Shown here: piece by piece, positions 54,442-64,000 of the stretch | Position numbering within the stretch: the first letter of the stretch is position 1 | Layout of the letters: every line of letters starts with the position of its first letter | Assembly (NCBI GenBank): GCA_043800255.1 | Contig: JAZDNF010000009.1 | Span: forward strand, 128,001-192,000 | Direction: 5' to 3' | Length of the DNA stretch: 64,000 nucleotides | Source of the DNA: Candidatus Altiarchaeota archaeon | Lineage (GTDB): Archaea; Altiarchaeota; Altiarchaeia; IMC4; SCGC-AAA252-I15 | Position numbers and translations under genes: made by a program | Notes under the pieces: generated by a model | What the model was told of the DNA's origin: nothing | Database searches by the model: none | The model's input: the letters and a program-made list of their open reading frames with translations, nothing else

Positions 54442-55832
54442 AAGTACTGCTTATAAACCCACCGACAACAAATGACCAGGTTCCAGAGAACCCGCCATTG
54501 GGGCTGCTATACCTCGCAGCTAGCATAAGAGACCAGCATGACGTCTGGGTAGTCGACTTGGACGCGCTGAAATACGATGATATGCAGATTCAACGCAGAC
54601 TGGTAAAGGAAGCCCCAGACATTATAGGCATCACTGCCACAACGTTTAGCTACAATAGCATGAGAAGACTATGCGAACTATCCCGGAAGGTTCTGCCAAG
54701 GACAGAAATCGTAATCGGAGGCCCGCACGTTTCCTCATGCCCTGAAAAGAGCTTGGAGGAGACTGGAGCAGACCATGTGATAGTGGGAGAAGGCGAATTA
54801 AGTTTTAAGAAAATGTTAGATGACCCGAAGGATGAGAACCGGAAGATTATCAAAGGATTGAGAGTGGAAGAGTTAAGCTGTCTTCCGCTTCCAGCACGCG
54901 ACCTCCTAGAACCCGACATCACGTACTATAACGGTAACATCCCAAGACATGTGAAGCCTGAGACTGTGATGATGTGGAGCCGCGGCTGCCCGCACAACTG
55001 CCTGTTCTGCTCAAACACAATCTACATGAGACAGAAAACCCGGTTCAGACCTCCTGAGGACATCATATCAGAGATAAAAATCCTAAGTGAGTTCGGAATC
55101 AATGAGATATTTGTCTACGACGACGAGCTTGTTGGCATGAGCGAAAATCAAAACAGGTGGCTTCAGAAAGTATGCAACCTTATCATAAGCGAAGGACTTA
55201 ATGACATTTTTTTCAAATGCCAAGGCAGATGCTCCAGACACGTCGACTTGGAAACGCTAGCCATCATGAAAAAGGCAGGTTTCAAGACCATAATGTGGGG
55301 CTGTGAATCTGGCTCAGACAAAGTCCTGAACGTGATAAGAAAGGGTACAAAGGTGCTGGACATAGAGCATACTATAAGAACGTGCAAAAAGTCGGGAATC
55401 GAAGCTTGGATGTTTCTTATGATAGGGAATTACAAGGAGACGTTGGATGATGCTGAAAAGACTGTCAGACTCGTAAGGAAGTTGAGCCCGGACTTCATAC
55501 AGGTGACATATGCTACTCCGTATCCGAGCGACTTCGAAAAAATCTGCATTGAAAAAGACCTCATCATAGAGCCTGACAGGTCGAAATGGAACACAAATGT
55601 TCCCGTAGCAAAATCAGAGCACATGAGGGTAGAGGAGATGGAACAGATTAGAAACAAACTCCTAGTCGAAGGCAGGATTTATCAAATAAAAAAAGCCATC
55701 TTAAAAGAACTCATGAGAATGGAGTTCCCCTACAAGCACCCAATCATGCTCTTTCACCAGCACTATAAGAACCAAGGTCTCACTTATGCGTCAAAAAAAG
55801 CAATAGAATACGCCAAGAGAGGGTTCAAATGA
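54438..55832 (+). CDS. Cobalamin-binding radical SAM protein
   Basis: PPLGLLYLAA, GGPH, GEGE, SRGCPHNCLFC and GCESGS motifs. Confidence 0.92.
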   Translation: MKVLLINPPTTNDQVPENPPLGLLYLAASIRDQHDVWVVDLDALKYDDMQIQRRLVKEAPDIIGITATTFSYNSMRRLCELSRKVLPRTEIVIGGPHVSSCPEKSLEETGADHVIVGEGELSFKKMLDDPKDENRKIIKGLRVEELSCLPLPARDLLEPDITYYNGNIPRHVKPETVMMWSRGCPHNCLFCSNTIYMRQKTRFRPPEDIISEIKILSEFGINEIFVYDDELVGMSENQNRWLQKVCNLIISEGLNDIFFKCQGRCSRHVDLETLAIMKKAGFKTIMWGCESGSDKVLNVIRKGTKVLDIEHTIRTCKKSGIEAWMFLMIGNYKETLDDAEKTVRLVRKLSPDFIQVTYATPYPSDFEKICIEKDLIIEPDRSKWNTNVPVAKSEHMRVEEMEQIRNKLLVEGRIYQIKKAILKELMRMEFPYKHPIMLFHQHYKNQGLTYASKKAIEYAKRGFK

Positions 55833-55841
55833 ATTTTAAAC

Positions 55842-56915
55842 ATGATGAAGGTACTCCACATAAACGACCATAAGGATTATGCTGGCGCGGAAACAGCAGT
55901 GAGGATGCTACGCAACTCTCACCAAGCGATGGGTTTGGAAACATCACTGATGACTGCAGACGATTTCCAACTTCAACCATTTTTGCCTAATAGGATGAAA
56001 GATAGACTATACCGCTCTTTCTTCAGAAAGTTCAAGCCAGACGTCATACACGTGCACAACATATCGCGATTTGGACTGGGACCGATAAAAGTTGCGAAAA
56101 AGGAGGGCATCCCAATCGTGTGGACATTCCACGATTACGCTGGAGTATGTCCCAACACACTGCTTTTCAGGCCGAATAGGACAGTCTGCAAAGACAGAAC
56201 CCAGTGTATGAGCTGCAACAATCTTGTGGTACCATACAATTACAGCCAATTATACGAGTTATTGGATGATGTTTCATGCGTAGTGGCCTCAGACTACGTC
56301 AAATCCCAGTACGCTGAGGTCATAAGCACTAAGCGAGTATATTGGGACGCTGACCCCTTTCTTTTAGACATGCCATCAAGAGATTTTAGAGGTAGGACAA
56401 TACTCTTCGGCGGCAGGCTTGATGAAGAGAAAGGTGTGAGATTTGCAATAATAGCTTTCAAGAGGATAGTAGGGAAATACCCGGATTCCAGGTTGATTCT
56501 TGCAGGAACCTATAGGCAAGACATCTTCACAAGATTACTGAGGATATATGACATAGAAAAGAATGTGGATTATGTTGGTAGCATGCCATGGCAAGAGTAT
56601 ATTAACACAGTCCGAAACTCTGCGGCAGTATTATGCACCTCCATATGGGCTGAACCATTCAATCTGAGTATGCTTGAGGCGATGGCCTTGGGCAAGCCTG
56701 TCATCGCAACAGGCGTTGGAGGACAGACTGAAGTTGTGGGCGATTCGGGAATCATCATTCAGCCTAAGTCATCACATGCCATATTCGAGGCAGTATGCGA
56801 TATATTCTCAGATAGGGGGAGATATAAACAACTATGTGAAAAAGGTAAGAAACGAGCCAAAAACTTCAGGGGAGGCGCTGAAGAATATCTGAAAATTTAC
56901 GAGTCATTGATTTAA
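55842..56915 (+). CDS. GT4 glycosyltransferase
   Basis: HVHN, TFHDY..CP, GRL..EKG and EPF.LS.LEAMALGKPV motifs. Confidence 0.9.
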   Translation: MMKVLHINDHKDYAGAETAVRMLRNSHQAMGLETSLMTADDFQLQPFLPNRMKDRLYRSFFRKFKPDVIHVHNISRFGLGPIKVAKKEGIPIVWTFHDYAGVCPNTLLFRPNRTVCKDRTQCMSCNNLVVPYNYSQLYELLDDVSCVVASDYVKSQYAEVISTKRVYWDADPFLLDMPSRDFRGRTILFGGRLDEEKGVRFAIIAFKRIVGKYPDSRLILAGTYRQDIFTRLLRIYDIEKNVDYVGSMPWQEYINTVRNSAAVLCTSIWAEPFNLSMLEAMALGKPVIATGVGGQTEVVGDSGIIIQPKSSHAIFEAVCDIFSDRGRYKQLCEKGKKRAKNFRGGAEEYLKIYESLI

Positions 56916-57685
56916 TGCAGAAGAAGATGCCAAGCCATTATTTACCTCTGATAAGGGAGCTAGCATGGACTGACTTCAAATTGAGGTATAACCGGTCAAT
57001 TCTAGGGTTTCTATGGTCGCTTCTAAAGCCGCTTCTCATGCTTGTGACATTATATCTGGTCTTTCACGTTCTGATGAGGTGGGACATACAGAACTACGAA
57101 CTGTTCCTGCTGCTGGGCATAGTGGAGTGGAACTTCTTCGTCGAGGGTACGCTGAATTCAATGAACAACATCCTCGCAAAAGGCAACCTCATAAAAAAAG
57201 TCTATTTTCCAAGGGAGTTCGTCGTCCTGAGCTCCTGCCTGAGTTCGTCGCTCACCTTCGCCTTGAACCTTGCAGTCTTCTTCGCCTTCATGCTCGCGTT
57301 GGACGTGATGCCAGGCTGGCAGGCAATGATGATGCCGGTATTGGTGGTGGAACTGTTCATCTTGGTCCTCGGACTGTCGCTTGCGCTCTCGGCCCTGTAT
57401 GTGATGTACCGTGACATGGTGCACATATGGGAGGTTCTCCTTCAGGTTGGGTTCTGGGTATCGCCTATAGTCTACTCCGTAGACGTCATACCAGAAAGAT
57501 ACGTGAAATGGTACATGCTGAACCCGATCGCCAGGGTCATAAAAGACTCTAGGGATGCCGTCATATCCCATGGCATACCATCGCTGAGGCACATGACGAT
57601 AACTCTCGTAATCTGCCTGGTCATACTGGCTGCAGGGTATGCTATGTTCAGGAAGCTATCACCGAAAATACCGGAGACGCTATGA
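56915..57685 (+). CDS. wzm: ABC-2 polysaccharide export permease (Wzm-like)
   Basis: DFKLRY..SILGFLWSLLKP, LIKKVYFPRE and YRDM.HIW motifs. Confidence 0.92.
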   Translation: MQKKMPSHYLPLIRELAWTDFKLRYNRSILGFLWSLLKPLLMLVTLYLVFHVLMRWDIQNYELFLLLGIVEWNFFVEGTLNSMNNILAKGNLIKKVYFPREFVVLSSCLSSSLTFALNLAVFFAFMLALDVMPGWQAMMMPVLVVELFILVLGLSLALSALYVMYRDMVHIWEVLLQVGFWVSPIVYSVDVIPERYVKWYMLNPIARVIKDSRDAVISHGIPSLRHMTITLVICLVILAAGYAMFRKLSPKIPETL

Positions 57686-58896
57686 CAAACGCCATCGTGA
57701 CAAAAAAACTCACAAAGTGCTTCAGGATACAGCACGAGAAGAAGACGACGCTGTTCGAGAACATCCTAGGGCTTATGAAGAAGAGGCTCACGTATGAGAT
57801 ATTGACTGCAGTCGACAGCCTAGACCTTGAAGTCAGAAGGGGAGAGACTCTGGGCGTCATAGGACCCAACGGCAGTGGAAAGAGCACCCTGCTTAGGATG
57901 ATCGCGGGCACTATGGAGCCGACTTCAGGCACGGTCAGCGTCGACGGCAGGGTAAGCCCATTCCTGGAGCTCGGCGTTGGATTTCAAGACAACCTGACAG
58001 GCAAGGAGAACATAATATTGTACGGGACGCTCATGGGCCTATCAAGACAGGACATCGAAAGCGGCTTGAGCCGGATACTAGAATTCTCAGGACTCGAAAG
58101 GTTTTGTGACACAGAGATAGGACACTACTCCGACGGGATGAGGATGCGACTGGCTTTTTCAACAGCAATAGAGTCGAATGGAGACGTATATCTCGTCGAC
58201 GAAGCATTCGCTGTCGGAGACGAGAGGTTCAGGAAGAAATGCCTCAAGGAGATAAGAAGACTTAAGTCAGAGGGGAGGACCATACTACTCGTAACCCATT
58301 CAACGGACATAATCGATGAGCTATGCGACAGAGCCGTACTCCTAGACCAGGGCAGGATAATATCAGACGGCAACCCAAAAAAAGTTGTTGAAGACTACAA
58401 GAGACTCCTCAGCATAAACAACAAAGGAGAGCTGAAGGACGAGACGAACAGGTGGGGGACTGGAGACGTTGAAATCGTCGGCGTAAAACTGTTCGGCGAC
58501 GAAGGTAAGACCAAGTCGGAATTCAGAAAAGACGAGAGCATAACAGTCAGGATGGAGTATAAGGCTAACCGGAGGGTTAAAAATCCAGAGTTCGGACTAG
58601 CAATCCACTCGGCTGACGGCAGCTACCTTGTCGGCCCCAACAACGTGAACTCGGGAGCGCATATCGACGAGATAGAAGGCTGCGGACAGATTACGTGCAG
58701 GCTGAACCCGCTTCCCCTGAGGAATGGACGATATCAACTCAGCGTGGCAGTCCACGGAACTGAAAAGAGGAGAGAATTATGCTACGATTTTCGGAAGAAT
58801 ATCATGGGATTCTCAATCGGCAGAGGGAAGGGCATAAGACAGTTCGGTAACATAGACGTCGGATGCAGATGGGAGCACGTCAAGAATAATAAGTAG
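57682..58896 (+). CDS. wzt: ABC polysaccharide export ATPase with C-terminal carbohydrate-binding domain (Wzt-like)
   Basis: GPNGSGKST, YSDGM..RL and VDEAFAVGD motifs. C-terminal RWGTG..I..V...L..G.Y.LSV domain. Confidence 0.92.
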   Translation: MTNAIVTKKLTKCFRIQHEKKTTLFENILGLMKKRLTYEILTAVDSLDLEVRRGETLGVIGPNGSGKSTLLRMIAGTMEPTSGTVSVDGRVSPFLELGVGFQDNLTGKENIILYGTLMGLSRQDIESGLSRILEFSGLERFCDTEIGHYSDGMRMRLAFSTAIESNGDVYLVDEAFAVGDERFRKKCLKEIRRLKSEGRTILLVTHSTDIIDELCDRAVLLDQGRIISDGNPKKVVEDYKRLLSINNKGELKDETNRWGTGDVEIVGVKLFGDEGKTKSEFRKDESITVRMEYKANRRVKNPEFGLAIHSADGSYLVGPNNVNSGAHIDEIEGCGQITCRLNPLPLRNGRYQLSVAVHGTEKRRELCYDFRKNIMGFSIGRGKGIRQFGNIDVGCRWEHVKNNK

Positions 58897-58914
58897 GAAT
58901 GTAATAAGAAATAT

Positions 58915-60414
58915 ATGTCAATTCTGACGGAAAATCGAACCCATAATCAGCTTATATTCCTGCTGATACTGGTATTGACTTTTTCGACAGTTTATTCAGT
59001 GCACAAGAATTACAGGTTCCCGTTGCACGCCGATGAGTGGCAGCATCTTGCGCTTTCGATCCAAATCATGGAAGAGGAGGGTTTGAGCAGTCTGAACCCC
59101 TATGACCTGAGCTTGCATGTTGACACCGAGCCGGGATTCCACATACTCGTCTCAGAGATTCTTATGATAACAGGAGTAGAGCCGGTGACATACTATCGTT
59201 TTCTGCCGGCAATATTCGCCTGCATTTCGAACATCATGTTATTCGCGTTCGTATGGAAGCTTACCAAGAACAGGGGAATAGGATTTTTATCGATGATATT
59301 CTTCTCAACTTTGAAGAGCAACGTTAACATACTGGGCCCAGTATTCCTCGTGCCGCTTACCGCATCCATACCGCTAATCTACTTGTTCTTCCTGACCGTC
59401 CACCAAGCGTTAGCCTGGAAGAGCATGCGACGGGTTTACACCCTCATAAGCGTGTGGATTGCGCTCTTCCTGATACACCCAATCTCCGCGGCGTTTACTG
59501 CCTTCGTCTGCTTCATCTACGCCCTGACAGAGTACAAGAGGACTATGGATCTGATGCGAAAGCTGAGCGTCTTCATAGTCATACCCGTTGCAGTGTTCGT
59601 CGTCTTTATAAGGAGCCTTGAAGAGCATTGGGGTGGGGGGATCACATACATATTCGTGGACCACATCGTGTACGAGTACGGTTGGGGTAAGACTGAGATA
59701 CTGTACGCGCTCCATGATTTTTACGGGTACACGCCACTGCTGCTGGCCTTGCTCGGCCTTATAGTAGAGGCCAGAAGGAAGGAGCCGCTGGTTCCACTCT
59801 GGAGCCTCTACGCCGCCCTGAACATTTACGCATATGGTTTCTTGGAAGCCACAGTGATTGCGCCGTTCCAGAGGATGCTCTATTACGCGATGTTAGGGCT
59901 TACAGTACTTTCCGGGATAGGATTGTACAGACTCCTGGATTATGTCAGAACCAGCTTACAGAGGATAACTCTGGAGGCTCGGCTCAGGGGCTATGTCACT
60001 CAGATTGCGATTACCCTGACGCTTGCGGCAGTATTCTACGTCAGCTTCTCAACCTACTTCGATTTCCCAACGAGAGCGAAACTGTATCAGGTGATAGAGG
60101 AGGACGAGTACTCGGCCATAAGATGGATTGGAGACAACTACGGGGGAGACAACATCGTATTAGCAGACACTTGGACCTCCATTGCAGTTTATCCGATTAC
60201 AAGAAACAGGGTCGTTGGATTTGTATCAGCCCATATAGAAAGCGACGGTGATGATTTTGCCGATGAATTTTTCAAAAGTGACTGTATCAACATGGCTTCC
60301 ATGATTGAAAGGGAGGGTATTAGTCTGGTAATAACCAAAGAGCGCATAAGCTGTCCTGGCATCGAATTGGTCTACGGAAACAAGACACTCGTATATGAAA
60401 CAAAAAGGGTATAG
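58915..60414 (+). CDS. Polytopic membrane protein, GT-C-like glycosyltransferase candidate
   Basis: First TM followed by a HADEW acidic loop, 10 or more TM helices, and a C-terminal AIRWI...IVLAD soluble domain. Confidence 0.6.
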   Translation: MSILTENRTHNQLIFLLILVLTFSTVYSVHKNYRFPLHADEWQHLALSIQIMEEEGLSSLNPYDLSLHVDTEPGFHILVSEILMITGVEPVTYYRFLPAIFACISNIMLFAFVWKLTKNRGIGFLSMIFFSTLKSNVNILGPVFLVPLTASIPLIYLFFLTVHQALAWKSMRRVYTLISVWIALFLIHPISAAFTAFVCFIYALTEYKRTMDLMRKLSVFIVIPVAVFVVFIRSLEEHWGGGITYIFVDHIVYEYGWGKTEILYALHDFYGYTPLLLALLGLIVEARRKEPLVPLWSLYAALNIYAYGFLEATVIAPFQRMLYYAMLGLTVLSGIGLYRLLDYVRTSLQRITLEARLRGYVTQIAITLTLAAVFYVSFSTYFDFPTRAKLYQVIEEDEYSAIRWIGDNYGGDNIVLADTWTSIAVYPITRNRVVGFVSAHIESDGDDFADEFFKSDCINMASMIEREGISLVITKERISCPGIELVYGNKTLVYETKRV

Positions 60415-60422
60415 TCGATAAC

Positions 60423-60698
60423 ATGGCCCTCAGAGCCCGCATTATTGTCTCGGGAAGGGTGCAGGGAGTGTACTTCAGGGCGCACGCGAAAGACGAGGCC
60501 TTGAAGCTTAACCTGAGGGGATGGGTGAGGAACCTGCCGGACAGGATGGTCGAAGCAGTTATCGAGGGGGACGATAAGTCTGTGAAGAAGATGGTTGATT
60601 GGTGCAGGACTGGCCCGCCGAGCGCAAGAGTCGAAAGCATAGAGGTTGAGTGGGAGAAGCCGTCAGACGAGTTCTCTTCCTTCACGGTAAGGTACTAG
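60423..60698 (+). CDS. acyP: Acylphosphatase
   Basis: GRVQGVYFR, GWVRNLPD and GPPSARV motifs. Confidence 0.95.
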   Translation: MALRARIIVSGRVQGVYFRAHAKDEALKLNLRGWVRNLPDRMVEAVIEGDDKSVKKMVDWCRTGPPSARVESIEVEWEKPSDEFSSFTVRY

Positions 60699-60699
60699 T

Positions 60700-61593
60700 A
60701 TGTTCTCAGACTCATGTAACGCTAGGAAGGCACTGCCAAAGTACTTCGACATCGTTGAAGGCAGGGAGAAAGCCAGATTCCTGGACGCGGGGAACCTGGA
60801 GGGGAGGGCCGAGCAGGCTGACATCATCTTCAAAAGCTGCCGCTTCTGCGAGAGGAGATGCCGCGTTGACAGGAGCATTGGGAGGAAGGGAATTTGCGGC
60901 GTCCTGGATGCGAGAATTTCAAACGAGTTCCTACATCTGGGAGAGGAGCCTGAACTCGTTCCATCGCATACCATATTCTTCACAGGATGCACCTTCAAGT
61001 GCGTCTTCTGCCAGAACTGGGACATCAGCCAGTACCCTGACGGCGGAGCCAGCATCAGGCCTGAGAACCTGGCAAGGGTGATAAAAAGCAGGGGATGCAG
61101 GAACGTGAACTGGGTCGGCGGCGACCCGACGCCGAATTTGAATTACATCCTCCGGGTGCTGACGTTCTTGGATAAGAACATCGCGCAGGTGTGGAACTCG
61201 AACATGTATCTTTCGGAGGAGAGCATGCAACTCTTGGAGGGGGTTATAGACGTATACCTGACCGACTTCAAGTACGGCTGCGATGAATGCGCCATGCGAC
61301 TGTCCTCTGCACCATACTACTGGAGGATAATGACGAGGAACCACCTGCTGGCCTCACAGCAGTGCGAACTCCTCATAAGGCACCTTGTGCTGCCAGGGCA
61401 CTTTTACTGCTGCACCAAGCCAGTGCTGGACTGGATTGCCGAGAACGTTCCTGATGCCAGAGTCAACGTGATGGACCAGTACCGGCCGGAATACAGGGCA
61501 TGCGACTACGATGAGATATCAGAAAAGCTCACAGGAGAGGAATACTCAGAAGCGCACGCATACGCCAAAGACCTCGGACTGAGCCTAGTATGA
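60700..61593 (+). CDS. pflX: PflX-like radical SAM protein
   Basis: CRFCERRC.VDR, HLGEE, GCTFKCVFCQNWDIS, DFKYG and IRHLVLPG motifs. Confidence 0.85.
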   Translation: MFSDSCNARKALPKYFDIVEGREKARFLDAGNLEGRAEQADIIFKSCRFCERRCRVDRSIGRKGICGVLDARISNEFLHLGEEPELVPSHTIFFTGCTFKCVFCQNWDISQYPDGGASIRPENLARVIKSRGCRNVNWVGGDPTPNLNYILRVLTFLDKNIAQVWNSNMYLSEESMQLLEGVIDVYLTDFKYGCDECAMRLSSAPYYWRIMTRNHLLASQQCELLIRHLVLPGHFYCCTKPVLDWIAENVPDARVNVMDQYRPEYRACDYDEISEKLTGEEYSEAHAYAKDLGLSLV

Positions 61594-61606
61594 ACAGATA
61601 CTCGCT

Positions 61607-61632
61607 GGTTCAAATCCCGATCGGGGCGTCCA
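61607..61632 (+). other. tRNA 3'-end fragment (att-like site)
   Basis: GGTTCAAATCCCGATCGGGGCGTCCA is a T-loop plus 3' T-stem and acceptor strand with no 5' half. It lies at the compositional boundary next to the integrase region. Confidence 0.65.
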
Positions 61633-61654
61633 ACCCGTAGACCCAATTTAGGGG

Positions 61655-62986
61655 CTAATTGACACCCCTAATCTCCTCGTACTTGTAATCATCAGCAATG
61701 TTGAGATAACCCCCTTGATACCCAAGGATATGGAGTAATAGCCTATCGATAAAATGGATGAGCCGGTGATTAATCTCAAGGTGTTCTTTAGTATCGTCAG
61801 GATACATCCCGCGATGTATGAAATGCTTTCTTAGCCCATACAATTCTTGCTCACCCTGTTTATACTCCATACCAAAATCTCCCATCAACTTGTTTATAGA
61901 GTCGGGTAATGTGGGGTAAGAATATCCCACTTCCTCGGCGATTTTTCTGATTGTTTCCTCCCCGAGATTATGGCTCGATGGTAGTATTTCATTTAGCTTT
62001 TTGATGTTTGACTTGGTTAGACTAGCTACTATTGGATTGCCATTTTTTTCGTAATACTGCTGTGCCTTGCTTGAAAGACATTCGAGGAGAATAAACCCGA
62101 AAAGACAACGAATATCCATAATTGAACCCGTTTTCATTAGCAGGTAATAGTCGATAATCACTGGAAGATTAAAAGAATCTTTGTATTTTAGATAATCCTC
62201 GTAGGTCTGCTCAACAAATTCTTTAATCTCCTCAGTAGGATGCTCGCGTATCAAAGAATCCAACCCATTGTAACGGTCAACTCTACGTATATAACTATTC
62301 TCCCCTATAACTTTCTCTCCATCAATTTTTCGCTCTATAAGCGGCACGATCGAATTACCCATCGCCAAAGATAGCAATATGCAGATATTTTTCACAATCT
62401 CAGACAAATGTTCGAATTCATCAAACCGTGCTTTTACAACGATTCTGGCCGTTATCGCAAAAGGATTGTCTTTCCTCTTCAAGCACTTCACAATATCTTC
62501 ATAATTCTGGATATGCTGAAACGTAAATTCGTATCCCTCAAGCGAAATAGTGAATCTATCTAATCGAGTAACCCCATCTGAATGTTTAGTGTAGTCGCAT
62601 CCGGTAAATACAAAATTACTTACGAGAAACTCTAACTTCTGCTCATCTGAATCCTTTGAATCCCGATCGATGGTCATAAAGTAGGCATTGTATATTTTTG
62701 GCAGAGGCTTTCCTCTCTTGAGGCCCCCTTTTGATGTTAAATAAAGCTCGTTAATCTTGATTCTCCTTCCATCTGACAAGATTCCTTCAAGAGATGCTTT
62801 CTCTGGTAACTCGTGAAAAAGTCCGTTCAATGCATCGGGCAGACTTGAATCGCCCTCCTTTTCATGAAAATGTACCTTTAAAGGCTTATCAATATAGCGA
62901 ATTACTTCAAATTGCCCCTCAGAGTCTCCTTCACGGGTTGATAGTTTACCTGTTCCCTCTATCTTGTCAATAATGTTTTGGCACAT
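61655..62986 (-). CDS. HEPN-motif protein with beta-rich N-terminal region (ApeA-like)
   Basis: C-terminal LLECLS...LYGLRKHFIHRG...LLLHILGY containing R-x4-H. AT-rich. Confidence 0.6.
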   Translation of the reverse strand: MCQNIIDKIEGTGKLSTREGDSEGQFEVIRYIDKPLKVHFHEKEGDSSLPDALNGLFHELPEKASLEGILSDGRRIKINELYLTSKGGLKRGKPLPKIYNAYFMTIDRDSKDSDEQKLEFLVSNFVFTGCDYTKHSDGVTRLDRFTISLEGYEFTFQHIQNYEDIVKCLKRKDNPFAITARIVVKARFDEFEHLSEIVKNICILLSLAMGNSIVPLIERKIDGEKVIGENSYIRRVDRYNGLDSLIREHPTEEIKEFVEQTYEDYLKYKDSFNLPVIIDYYLLMKTGSIMDIRCLFGFILLECLSSKAQQYYEKNGNPIVASLTKSNIKKLNEILPSSHNLGEETIRKIAEEVGYSYPTLPDSINKLMGDFGMEYKQGEQELYGLRKHFIHRGMYPDDTKEHLEINHRLIHFIDRLLLHILGYQGGYLNIADDYKYEEIRGVN

Positions 62987-63020
62987 TTCTTTTTACTCAC
63001 CTATTTTATCAGGCCACTAT

Positions 63021-64000
63021 TTAATTGTTCGATTTCAATGGTAAAGTCCCTTCCTTGAATTTTGTCTCTAGCCAGCCTCTGAATTCCTGGTTTTTGTACA
63101 GTTCTACGAAGAATTTTCTGGCTTCTTGTTCTTCCTGTTCAATTGCTCCGAGGGCTTCTGGGATTAGGGGCGTTGCGCATCGGTTGCAGAACCAGCCGTC
63201 TGGGGGGTTGACTTTGTTGCATTTGCTGCATTTCCTCGGTTCCCTGGTCTCTGTGTGTTCTTTGGGTTTGATGCCATTCATCCCCAATATAACGCTGTCT
63301 ACGTCCCGGCCGCTTAGGTGGACGTAGGTTGCTGCCATGTCTGAGCCCATTATCCACCCGAAGAAGGCGCAGAGCTGGCTTTCAGTCATTACTTTAGCGA
63401 GTTCCGTTGCCCGGCTGTGTCTGAAGTTGTGGGGGTAACATTTGTTTAATGGTATTCCTACTTGTATGCCTTTTTTCTTTATCATCTGCCGTATCGCGTC
63501 GTATCTAATGGGCTTCTTGTATTGGAAGTCTATCCATAGCGGGGAGTCAATGTCGTCGCCGTAGGGGTGGTTTCTGATCCAGACTCGCAGGTATGGTTCC
63601 GGCTCCAGGACGAGTATGCTTCTTGCTCCGGTCTTTCCTTTTTGTACGTGGACCCGAACCCCGTTTTCCTCAAACACTATGTCCTTTATCCGAAGCTCTC
63701 CCAGTTCCCCAACCCTTAATCCGCCATAATAAAGCAGGGGTATTATGGCCCGATCACGGTCGAACTTGCATGCCCTAATCAATTGGTCAACTTCCGAGAT
63801 TGACAGGAGCTGTTCTGGGAGTTTTTTGTCTCTTCTTTTGACCGAGCATTTTATGAAATCTACCTTTTCAGGGGGTTTGCCTCCGTTCATTACCTTGTAA
63901 AATTTCTTTAGGCAGACCTTCAGGTCTTTTTTGGTTTCTGCTGCGGAGTCGCAATAGTTTATCCCTATGACCAGCTCTCTGAGGTCTTTCTCTGTGGCGT
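63021..64000 (-). CDS. Tyrosine recombinase/integrase with C-terminal zinc ribbon, 5'-partial
   Basis: GLRVGEL (R), KGKTG (K), HNFRHSRAT (HxxR), FGW, ATYVH (Y), and CSKC..CNRC. The frame stays open upstream of 63890 to the window edge (ATEKDLRELV...FYKVM). Confidence 0.93.
   Translation of the reverse strand, partial: ATEKDLRELVIGINYCDSAAETKKDLKVCLKKFYKVMNGGKPPEKVDFIKCSVKRRDKKLPEQLLSISEVDQLIRACKFDRDRAIIPLLYYGGLRVGELGELRIKDIVFEENGVRVHVQKGKTGARSILVLEPEPYLRVWIRNHPYGDDIDSPLWIDFQYKKPIRYDAIRQMIKKKGIQVGIPLNKCYPHNFRHSRATELAKVMTESQLCAFFGWIMGSDMAATYVHLSGRDVDSVILGMNGIKPKEHTETREPRKCSKCNKVNPPDGWFCNRCATPLIPEALGAIEQEEQEARKFFVELYKNQEFRGWLETKFKEGTLPLKSNN

Larger units (their letters stand above)
61607..64000. 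mobile_element. Left edge of a probable integrated element
   Basis: att-like tRNA fragment, AT-richer cargo gene and tyrosine integrase running off the window. Confidence 0.65.

Noticed and set aside
9961-61344. Numerous antisense and alternate-frame ORFs in the track (e.g. 21194..21946, 25621..26280, 34247..35074)
   Set aside because: They are shadows of well-supported genes, expected at this GC content and codon bias, and carry no motifs.

Overview
Archaeal chromosomal window, shown by G1P dehydrogenase, GGGP synthase, aIF2-beta, aIF5B, L34e and an intron-containing tRNA-Cys. An Altiarchaeota/DPANN-like lineage is my inference and is unverified. The window has an AT-richer accessory left end (1-8.4 kb: large NHL-repeat surface protein, wHTH gene, nested palindrome, glycoside hydrolase). 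A 1.2-kb PIN-domain cassette is flanked by 59-bp direct repeats. The core carries housekeeping genes, a DUF835/receiver/7-PAS histidine kinase locus and a Wzm/Wzt glycan-export operon with a B12 radical SAM enzyme. The right end holds a tRNA 3' fragment, a HEPN-motif protein and a tyrosine integrase. The most unusual locus is the minus-strand run at 15.6-28.0 kb: a VirB2/TrbC-like pilin, a class III (type IV) pilin and two tandem paralogous VirB6/TrbL(CedA)-like membrane proteins with very long tails. One tail ends in an intact PPP-family metallophosphatase. The other has a CxxC...CxxC zinc motif split across two ORFs at an AAA-TAA-A +1 frameshift site. No CRISPR array, rRNA or transposase was seen. 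The supplied ORF track gives the wrong strand for aIF2-beta (30011..30481), which reads on +. All family assignments come from motif recognition by eye, not database searches.
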